DNA of 20,000 bases from the IMG/VR virus record IMGVR_UViG_3300025131_000022; one strand, written 5' to 3'. The stretch is from an uncultured virus (IMG/VR IMGVR_UViG_3300025131_000022) (lineage: Duplodnaviria; Heunggongvirae; Uroviricota; Caudoviricetes). Shown here one piece after another: positions 9,001-15,831 of the stretch. The position numbers were made by a program, and so were the translations under genes. The notes beneath the pieces are model-generated. The model searched no databases and had not been told where the DNA came from. It worked only from the letters and a program-made list of their open reading frames with translations. The stretch's first letter is position 1. Each line of letters opens with the position of its first letter.

Positions 9001-12000
9001 AGGACCTCCGTAAGTATTGTGAGAACAATCATCATATTGAGTTCCTGGAATACAGTCCCAAGTTGTCACTGCAACACCTGGTGGACAACTTAGGTCACAT
9101 GGCATCCATACTAAATTACCACTACCGCCACCTGGCCATACAGCTACGCTATTATTAAAATCATTAACATAAGCTTGGTAATAAAGGTATGGTGAAGTAC
9201 TCCAATTTAGTGGGTTACCTACTGGTAGACCTGCTGTATCCCAAACACATACATAACAACATTCTGGTCCGTCGATGGAGTCATACGATGAAACCAAATC
9301 TCCTACTGCATATGATTGACCCATAACCCACAGTAAAGCCCCTTGAGATAGTGGAGTTACTGCTTGTGATGTTGTTATCCAGGTTATTCCATCTGTAGAT
9401 GTCAAAAAGGATATAGGACTAGCATTATAACAATCATAACATCCACAACATGTCCCAGCGTCAGCTAATAAAGTAAGACTTGTTAGATATGTATGACAAT
9501 CTGCCATATTAGTAAATGGATAAGGGGCGGCACAAGTTACGGGGGCATTTACAAACGTACAATTACATGCCCCTAATGGTGGTGTACAATCTCCACATAC
9601 AAAATTACATTCACTTGTACATCCTGCTTGGTTGGTACCGTAAAAAGCAGCACATCCATTTCCATCAGTTGTCATGGGATTGGACCCTGCTACATAAGCA
9701 CCAACGTATGATAAACACCCATCAACTGCATGACAACAATATTCTGTTTGGGGTGCTTGACACGGATATTGTCCTGAATTACTTTGTTGACATAGATAAG
9801 GGGATAGTTGGCTTGGTCCAAAATTGCAAATATTACCAGTGGTTCCACTACAGTACTGAGACCCCCAAAAGCATGAGAGCATTGCTGGGTCACCACATAA
9901 ATCACAAAAACCTGTACCTGGAGGTGCACAATCACAACAAAATCTACACATTTGTTCACATGCAGCTTGTGTAGGGAATCCTTGTCCAGTTGGGTTGTTA
10001 CCTAAAACTACTGCATTATGATAATTGTTTGCTGGGTCTGAAGGTCCACCCGCACCTTGTCCTATAGCCATAGTCTGGTATGAGGTTCCTTGACCTACAA
10101 AAAATGAACTTTGTTGGCATGGTTGTGCCCCTATAGTATTATATATACCAGCGTCTGCACCTGCCCAATCACACCACCATTCATCAGGTGCTTGACTACA
10201 CTCACAATTAGTATTTGCAGCTTCACATAATGCCGCATTAGGATAGGTGGTAACTGCGATAGAATTCGGTACAAATTGGCATACTTGTGCTCCGAGTGTA
10301 TTACATTCCCACGTACAGTATGCTTGGCATTGTGACAATGTCATAGTGCCCAGAGGGTTTGGATAACATCCATAACCACCAATACATGGATTTCCATTTA
10401 CTGACGGGCAATTACAGGTTCCGTCACAAGAGTACATATAAGTTGTTCCTGTACAACAATCAACTAATCCTGTTGATAGTTGAAATTGGCAATCTACCAA
10501 AGAAGGGTAAGGCCAATTATAAGAACCAAACGCTAAAAATACGGAACCTGGTGGTACTGGTGGGTATGTATATGGAAATGGTGAATATCCCATCCAAAAT
10601 ATCCCAAAGTTACCTGTACCAGGTGAATATATATCATTTAAATAATCCTGTAATACCACACAACTTGATACTTCTGAAGGTTCATTTCCTGCTGGTGGTC
10701 CTGGGTCTGCACAATAACAATCTGCATTACATTGGTCATTATTTACCCCAACTAAAGGTGTTCCACAAGTAGAGGCTGTATAACAATTATTTTGAGTTTG
10801 CCATATGGATATGTTTGTCAGAGGTGGAGGTGCATAAATACAAGTAGACGGAAAACAACCATTAACAGTACATTCATAAGTTTGTGCACTAGTTGCCCCT
10901 GTACCACAAGGACCACAAGGTTCACCAACAAGAGAACCATTATAAGGTGTCGCTGGGTCAATAGCTGGTAATCTTTCACAACTTACCCAACAATTTGGTG
11001 TTCCATCTGGATAATCTCCATCATCTGGTGCACTTATATCACAATCATACCAAAAACCTGGTTCTCCTGGTAAATAAGGTGATGTAGGACATGTACATAC
11101 CCAACAACACTCAGGTGTATTACCATCACTATAACTTACAGTGTCATATAAAGCATAATTTCCAGCTGAATACCAAGGACCGTTCCAATTTAAAACCCAC
11201 CCTAATCCATTAGCTAGTACGTAATCATCACAAGCACATACACATGTGTCTTCTTGCGGTGCACAACATGTAACACCAGTCGCTACTCCATTTGGGTCTA
11301 GTGGTGCAGTTGGGTCAGGGCATAAATCATTTACACAATCTACCATATCACAATACTCTGTAACATTTGGCCAGTCATTGAAACAACCCCAAAGTCCAGT
11401 CATACCACCAAAAGAGTCTATATAATTTGGGCTGCAACAAGTTACCATAGCATAATTAGGTGGTCCTGCATCATAATTATCTATTGAAGGATTTATTGTA
11501 TAATGACAAGGGTATACTCCTCCGGTACCTTGTTGATTTGCGGCTGTATACCCTGAATTAAAAAAGATTGGGTCCTCTTCACATTGTGCATTACAACATT
11601 CCGGTCCCATAGCTCTACAACATTCAAGAAAATCTGTATAACCAGTAGGTGGTGATTGATTATTAGGCATCGCACCTTGTATCGTCATAACTCCTATACT
11701 AGGGAAGTACGTACAACCTTGAAAACTTGTTCCAGATGCAGGACCACCATCATGAACATAACAGTCCCAGCCTGCATCACATGTGCAGGCAGACGCGCAT
11801 GCGGTAGGCCCATACCATGTGGCGGGCATTCCAACTGGTATTGGAATTCCAGTAGTACCATCGTTTGGTGGCCAGTATGGACAACCTGGTATTCCATTAG
11901 GGTCATAAGGGAATGAGTTAATAGGGGTAGACTTCCATTGGAAGCATCCTCCCCCTACCTGAGCGGAACCGGTACCTGGTGTACAATCACAGAACCAGCA

Positions 12001-14880
12001 CTCTGTAGCACAACTACAAGTATTATTACATGGAAATTCTCCACTAGGACCTGAGATACCATTACCACATCCATTTGTATAACAAGGCCAACATGGGTCA
12101 CATACTGGGTCACACTCCCAACCACAAGGATATGCTGGTGTACTTCCAGCCCATCCTTGTGGGTTAGCTAGGTCACAATCAAGTTTGGTTGGCCACGTAA
12201 ATCCTGCTGCAATAACTTGGTGACATCCGTATTCACAATCCCAGTCCCATCCCGTATAATCACAACATCCTGTATAAACAGGATATGATGCTGTAGGAGG
12301 AATTGATGTTCCACCATTACAATCAGATAGGTCGTATGTTGGTGTAAAAAATAATTCATAATTAAATGCTATATAATCTACAAATGTTGGAAATGGTGCG
12401 GGATTTATAGGTAATGCAGCAATTATTGGTTGTATTAGACTGGCATAGTCATACAATACACCACCTGCCATTATGTCTAATTGACATGACACGAACCCAC
12501 AACAATTATTAGAACTTTGTGGGGTTGAGGTTGTACACGAATAAGCTGGTGGGTTGCACCATTCTTCACAATCCATCTGAGCATTGGGGCCTTGGAATAC
12601 TGGTCCTTGAGTTGGGTCTAAAGCACTAGGATGATTATAGTCTGGATGAGCAGACGTAATTCCTGAACATCCCTGACAAGTATATTGGTCTGAACATATG
12701 TATCTATCTTCACAACAGTCTCCAGCATAAAAATCTTGCATACAATCACCATAAGAAGAATATCCTAGTGAAGTACAAGGTCCTGTAATTGTAGAACCTG
12801 TTCCTGGAACTAATTGACATGCGACCGTAGATGAAGTTAAAGCAGATACATCCGGACATATCCAACTTGAACATCCTATATAATCCCAATATGTAGAATT
12901 TGTAAATCCACTTGGCGGTGGATGAACTCCGTCTGATAAAGCTCTATAACAATTACCAAATTGTCCTACAGTAAATTCTCCTTCAAAATAATTGTTTCCA
13001 TTAACATATGCTCCTGCGGGTCCTGGTGGGCCTGATATAGGATATGCATTCCAAGTATTTGTTGGGTCATGGCATGGGATATGAGTATAGTCTGGACATG
13101 TTTCACACTCAGGTGTGCAAGCTTCCCAAATATGTTCTGCAGGTTGACCGTTAAACCACCAGACTCCTTGAAACATATCAGTCGGTCTTATACCCGCCCA
13201 TAGGTCAATTAGTGTTGGTGTTGCTGCCGTTTGTGTTACATCTTGGACTGCCATATAACAACAACAGTCACCCCATGAACTATCAAATACAATATCTCCT
13301 TTTACATAATTTACATTATCTTTCCATTCACCTTGTTGTGTATTAAAAGCAATACTCTCTGGTAAAAATGTAATTCTATCTATATATTCATCTTTAGTTT
13401 CACAATAAGTACAATCACCTATTTCACATTTAACACAATCAAATGCACCAAATGCAAAGGCATCTAAACCACAACTAGTAGCTTCATATAAGGTAACCCC
13501 ATTACTAAAATCATAAAAAGTTATAGGTGTGTTAGTACCAATCGAAATAGTGTAAGCGGTATAGGTTGGTGAGTCTACTGTTATTCGGCCCATAACCCCA
13601 CCTTCTATTAAATTAGTTATTGGGTTTAATACATCTCCCATAAGGGGTACATCTATATTAATTTGATACCCAGGTGGTAAAGTACCAGTTGATGCAGTAG
13701 TATAAGTTTGGAATGCTCCTAATAGACTTTGAGTGTTTCCTGTAACATCAAAGCAATTAGTATTACTTCCTCCCGCGAATATAGGGGACATCCCACTATA
13801 TTGTAATATATTTGTTCCAGAATCTAATGGTGAAAATGGATATGCACCAAAATAAGAATTTACCCCTACTGGTCCATTTGGTCCAATTACCGGTGAAATT
13901 GGGGATGGCATTGCTCCCGGAGTTGCAACCAATTCACTATAAGATAAAAATGGTATAGTGATTATATGTGAAACAGCTGTAGGCCCCCAAGGACTTTCGT
14001 GTGTAATAGTAATTTTTCTTCTACCTACTCCAGAATATGTATGTGGTGTAGGATTGGTTAGATTTGGGAATTGTAGAGTTTCACAACAAGGGTCACCAAA
14101 AGAATTAATACATGGGGGTACAGGACAATTACAATTACATTCTCCCCAATCTATAGTATATGGTGAATCTTGGAAGGATTTATAGTACCCAAAATCAGTA
14201 GAATTCCATACTTGTATTTTAGTTCCAGGTATTGTAGATGTAATTGCTGTAACAATAAAGTTAGAAAAAATATCTTTTTGTCCTATATTACCATCCCAAA
14301 TATCATAATGCCCTATATCATTAAAATCTTGGTCTAAAAATATTGGTATTTGATTTAAAGTGTCCCCCAAAGGACTTTGACAGTAACATGGAATTATTTG
14401 AGTGGTTAAATTTGCATTGGTTTGTGTGTTTAAAGGGTATGAAAGACTAGAATTAGTCATATGAAATATACTTATCATATCATTATAACTTTCCCCGGTA
14501 AAAGTTTGAACTCCGGATTGAAATAAATTTAATCCATTAAATATAATATATGGATGAGATTCTATATCTAAACAAAATGGCGATGGCCCTGGATTACCTG
14601 GATTACCTATCGGTGGTTGAGGTGCGAACAGTGGCATCGTTGTTGTGTCATTTAAAATTACACATGGATTAGATATGGAACATGCTGTTAATTCTGTAGG
14701 AAAAGTATTCATGTTTCCCTGAACAGCATTAATAACTTGACTAAATGTAGAGTTATTCATAGTTAAACCGGAACAGTTTGGGCTAGTATTAATAGGCCAA
14801 AAATCGGTGCCTCCTGTACAGGGTACAGTCCAGTATATACTTGGATTGGTTCTCTTTATTCTATATTTATATACTTCCAT
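6019..14880 (-). CDS. Giant Cys/Gly/Pro-rich modular protein, 2953 aa; putative virion fibre/adhesin with a PKD-like domain and carbohydrate-binding-like repeats
   Basis: Uninterrupted 8.86-kb ORF starting 3 nt after the previous stop, with no signal peptide. The N-terminal ~470 aa is relatively Cys-poor and has YTIDWGE...HTYSGVGRRKITIT. The remainder is made of degenerate Cys-rich repeats. Confidence 0.85.
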   Translation of the reverse strand: MEVYKYRIKRTNPSIYWTVPCTGGTDFWPINTSPNCSGLTMNNSTFSQVINAVQGNMNTFPTELTACSISNPCVILNDTTTMPLFAPQPPIGNPGNPGPSPFCLDIESHPYIIFNGLNLFQSGVQTFTGESYNDMISIFHMTNSSLSYPLNTQTNANLTTQIIPCYCQSPLGDTLNQIPIFLDQDFNDIGHYDIWDGNIGQKDIFSNFIVTAITSTIPGTKIQVWNSTDFGYYKSFQDSPYTIDWGECNCNCPVPPCINSFGDPCCETLQFPNLTNPTPHTYSGVGRRKITITHESPWGPTAVSHIITIPFLSYSELVATPGAMPSPISPVIGPNGPVGVNSYFGAYPFSPLDSGTNILQYSGMSPIFAGGSNTNCFDVTGNTQSLLGAFQTYTTASTGTLPPGYQINIDVPLMGDVLNPITNLIEGGVMGRITVDSPTYTAYTISIGTNTPITFYDFSNGVTLYEATSCGLDAFAFGAFDCVKCEIGDCTYCETKDEYIDRITFLPESIAFNTQQGEWKDNVNYVKGDIVFDSSWGDCCCYMAVQDVTQTAATPTLIDLWAGIRPTDMFQGVWWFNGQPAEHIWEACTPECETCPDYTHIPCHDPTNTWNAYPISGPPGPAGAYVNGNNYFEGEFTVGQFGNCYRALSDGVHPPPSGFTNSTYWDYIGCSSWICPDVSALTSSTVACQLVPGTGSTITGPCTSLGYSSYGDCMQDFYAGDCCEDRYICSDQYTCQGCSGITSAHPDYNHPSALDPTQGPVFQGPNAQMDCEEWCNPPAYSCTTSTPQSSNNCCGFVSCQLDIMAGGVLYDYASLIQPIIAALPINPAPFPTFVDYIAFNYELFFTPTYDLSDCNGGTSIPPTASYPVYTGCCDYTGWDWDCEYGCHQVIAAGFTWPTKLDCDLANPQGWAGSTPAYPCGWECDPVCDPCWPCYTNGCGNGISGPSGEFPCNNTCSCATECWFCDCTPGTGSAQVGGGCFQWKSTPINSFPYDPNGIPGCPYWPPNDGTTGIPIPVGMPATWYGPTACASACTCDAGWDCYVHDGGPASGTSFQGCTYFPSIGVMTIQGAMPNNQSPPTGYTDFLECCRAMGPECCNAQCEEDPIFFNSGYTAANQQGTGGVYPCHYTINPSIDNYDAGPPNYAMVTCCSPNYIDSFGGMTGLWGCFNDWPNVTEYCDMVDCVNDLCPDPTAPLDPNGVATGVTCCAPQEDTCVCACDDYVLANGLGWVLNWNGPWYSAGNYALYDTVSYSDGNTPECCWVCTCPTSPYLPGEPGFWYDCDISAPDDGDYPDGTPNCWVSCERLPAIDPATPYNGSLVGEPCGPCGTGATSAQTYECTVNGCFPSTCIYAPPPLTNISIWQTQNNCYTASTCGTPLVGVNNDQCNADCYCADPGPPAGNEPSEVSSCVVLQDYLNDIYSPGTGNFGIFWMGYSPFPYTYPPVPPGSVFLAFGSYNWPYPSLVDCQFQLSTGLVDCCTGTTYMYSCDGTCNCPSVNGNPCIGGYGCYPNPLGTMTLSQCQAYCTWECNTLGAQVCQFVPNSIAVTTYPNAALCEAANTNCECSQAPDEWWCDWAGADAGIYNTIGAQPCQQSSFFVGQGTSYQTMAIGQGAGGPSDPANNYHNAVVLGNNPTGQGFPTQAACEQMCRFCCDCAPPGTGFCDLCGDPAMLSCFWGSQYCSGTTGNICNFGPSQLSPYLCQQSNSGQYPCQAPQTEYCCHAVDGCLSYVGAYVAGSNPMTTDGNGCAAFYGTNQAGCTSECNFVCGDCTPPLGACNCTFVNAPVTCAAPYPFTNMADCHTYLTSLTLLADAGTCCGCYDCYNASPISFLTSTDGITWITTSQAVTPLSQGALLWVMGQSYAVGDLVSSYDSIDGPECCYVCVWDTAGLPVGNPLNWSTSPYLYYQAYVNDFNNSVAVWPGGGSGNLVWMPCDLSCPPGVAVTTWDCIPGTQYDDCSHNTYGGPYTIINPALTLTGSYDVLNMISNPGGSPNLQSVDILTLKFPYGGLMPPNPNPCLHNGLPLAVFGSPITINSTIYLNLGLTSGPYNSWNSMINDLISVNLTDSNGSVVSLANTYPEICDALWSSYGSIPSSWDKCIYVGLDPCSCTQDPCICQSISGPTGAFNNQGDCQVTLTNLPCCGSWTCQTGFCDCVFVPDYKDGFTSQTECYNAANCCEVVYPEYDCEQTTISTPPYIQCDCVQVGAGMGTYQGLNALYNCENDPFTCCSATTLPDRWCCSKDCLCIVDPYGQYSTLDECHTAVAQNCCYTGSTSLYECVTHCNGPCSCVLTATGTHQSLHDCLTQVNTCCYTGLTRWDCKLQANNSCLCIPAPFGWYASQGDCQNNIPAAPAGVCRCDLTIADRCKIECLGATLNVTSSPHSGTYTPTTYIMIPTYGTDMGIWTNTGYGLFDMVEDPYDHCCYVLTHDGMFPAGSPLTQFSPSQIFHNHINGLYADGSNGSVSPANPTQALLQTLQLNNNIWWPCDIHCVSVPDVGYDCTNCPGTCVCVLNSSSSAQYQGPGAWLACLAACVQGCEDCAVTLASSLTGPIDFEGIWNSLYGFYDINDCVTDPLDKCCYCCVETTNINPCTRWTPPKKCPVGETWHPYPICKCKPNIYHIINSGGKDKISKNKGWGINKSLDPEPCIQNISCSPGYHWVGNPICECVPDAVGCDSHYGNPSLNIGVNLGNNGSWEPCGINVDNQPCGPPQPVDCNNCDIHMSTVWNAPLPLNWVQFPLITQHFSEGWCVTDPNDFCCYCCVKRPTPVANGDDTPGLWIQDPNGQTASCGIYMTGATWEFYGNQHWTLHPGNPGPYGATVWDYGWVSCTSSSQVPCGNPPVPEKWSCLLTNPFWSIWNCIQDGIGPHPDKATCLAAQCPGPVAPCEQCCEYLKQDGSYLYQKLASNANPCDCEHWLGFLWNPSPWANCCQPQQCQQGWSWSVAQCKCIPPIMINDDGFGHG
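6421..13332 (-). repeat. Seven dispersed copies of a W-x4-6-Y-x2-(G/Y/F/N)D-x-V...CC(Y/W)...W-x-x-C module (CBM5/12 / ChtBD3-like)
   Basis: Approximate copies: 13117-13332 (WKDNVNYVKGDIV..CCCY..WEAC), 12871-13017 (divergent), 10978-11187 (WYSAGNYALYDTV..CCW..WVSC), 9094-9336 (WVMGQSYAVGDLV..CCY..WMPC), 7441-7701 (..CCY..WWPC), 6808-7246 (..CCY..WEPC), 6421-6710 (..CCY..WVSC). Confidence 0.7.
7861..8562 (-). repeat. Tandem array of about six degenerate ~35-50 aa Cys-rich units, (W/Y)-x-C...C-x-C...G-x-(Y/F/H)-x4-7-C...CC
   Basis: Examples: SWTCQTGFCDCVFVPDYKDGFTSQTECYNAANCC; RWCCSKDCLCIVDPYGQYSTLDECHTAVAQNCC; LYECVTHCNGPCSCVLTATGTHQSLHDCLTQVNTCC; RWDCKLQANNSCLCIPAPFGWYASQGDC. A near-identical 15-mer (tcctgtataacagca / tcctgtataacaaca) occurs at 7960 and 8086, 126 nt apart. 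Confidence 0.85.
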
Positions 14881-14883
14881 ATA

Positions 14884-15831
14884 TTAAGGATTTACGTATT
14901 CATAAAATCTTATTGGTTGACCATTGGGTACAAATCCACTTAGTCCACCAGGAAACCCAGTTCCTGCTACACTACCATTTAGAGGCCCTAGTGGTACAGT
15001 ATTTTCATCAAACGTAGTTACTACATATCTATATTTGGGGATAATATTTGCCACATTTCCAGTATCTATAAGTAATTCTACTTTATAATAAAACCATTTT
15101 GGGTAGTTAAGTATTTCACCATTTGTTATTTGTTGTAATGAAGGCAACTCATTTATCATAGGCATTACTTTACCAGTTTTAGCATTATAAAATTGGCATG
15201 ACATATAAAAAGTATCTATCGGTGTTAATTCTCTATCTTTTAACCATTGTATATAATAATTTTCGTTTTTACCTTTTAATGGCACTAAAACTGCACGTGG
15301 TATATATATTTCATAAGAAGGATTTGGTATATCATTTGCTATTTGTGACCAATATTCTACAGGGTCATCGGTCCAGGGGTCTATAGGTACTTCTGTTTTA
15401 AGACAATTATTTAAAGGCATAATATTAGTAAACATAATTTTTTGTTCCTTTCTCCATGGAGAATCATAAAAATCAAATTTAAAAAAACTTCTAGTAAATG
15501 CTTTTTTAGGTTTTGCTAAGTCCTTATCTGTAAACCCTACTAAATTGAAGCTAGGAAATTGTGGATAAGAAGAAGTTGCTGTATCCCAAAAATTAAATTC
15601 ATAAGATATAGAATTGCTCCCCCCACTAAGTCCAGCTGTCGCGGCTATATTTTTATATGCATACCTAGTAGTTTCATAATCTTGTATAACATTTATATTA
15701 TCTTGTAATTCAACTTCTTCCCAAGTTCTAATTAATTGTTCACGACCCGTCTCATCAAAAGTTTGACCTATAGGTATAGTGACTTTTTTGTCGCTTGGGG
15801 AAACTTTTATATTAAATCTATTGGCAGCCAT
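14884..15831 (-). CDS. Conserved hypothetical phage protein, probably structural, 315 aa
   Basis: Clean ORF whose start overlaps the end of the 600-aa gene by 14 nt. It has an aromatic-rich motif FTRSFFKFDFYDSP and ends FYEYVNP. Confidence 0.8.
   Translation of the reverse strand: MAANRFNIKVSPSDKKVTIPIGQTFDETGREQLIRTWEEVELQDNINVIQDYETTRYAYKNIAATAGLSGGSNSISYEFNFWDTATSSYPQFPSFNLVGFTDKDLAKPKKAFTRSFFKFDFYDSPWRKEQKIMFTNIMPLNNCLKTEVPIDPWTDDPVEYWSQIANDIPNPSYEIYIPRAVLVPLKGKNENYYIQWLKDRELTPIDTFYMSCQFYNAKTGKVMPMINELPSLQQITNGEILNYPKWFYYKVELLIDTGNVANIIPKYRYVVTTFDENTVPLGPLNGSVAGTGFPGGLSGFVPNGQPIRFYEYVNP

Noticed and set aside
14863..14870. T4 late promoter consensus TATAAATA on the minus strand
   Set aside because: It falls inside codons 4-6 (YKY) of the giant gene and is expected by chance in AT-rich DNA.
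6019..14880. Diversity-generating retroelement target/template repeats, CRISPR array or intein within the giant gene
   Set aside because: I saw no long near-identical nucleotide repeat pair with adenine-specific mismatches, no regularly spaced identical repeats, no reverse transcriptase and no intein or homing-endonuclease motifs. The repeats are degenerate and visible mainly at protein level.
6019..14880. Higher GC in the giant gene as a sign of recent horizontal transfer
   Set aside because: It is explained by Cys/Gly/Pro/Trp codon content. Third positions remain strongly A/T like the neighbouring genes.
15812..15820. TAG stop of the 600-aa gene as evidence of TAG-to-Gln recoding (code 15)
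   Set aside because: Readthrough would add only two residues before TAA. All genes are intact under code 11 with near-complete coding density.
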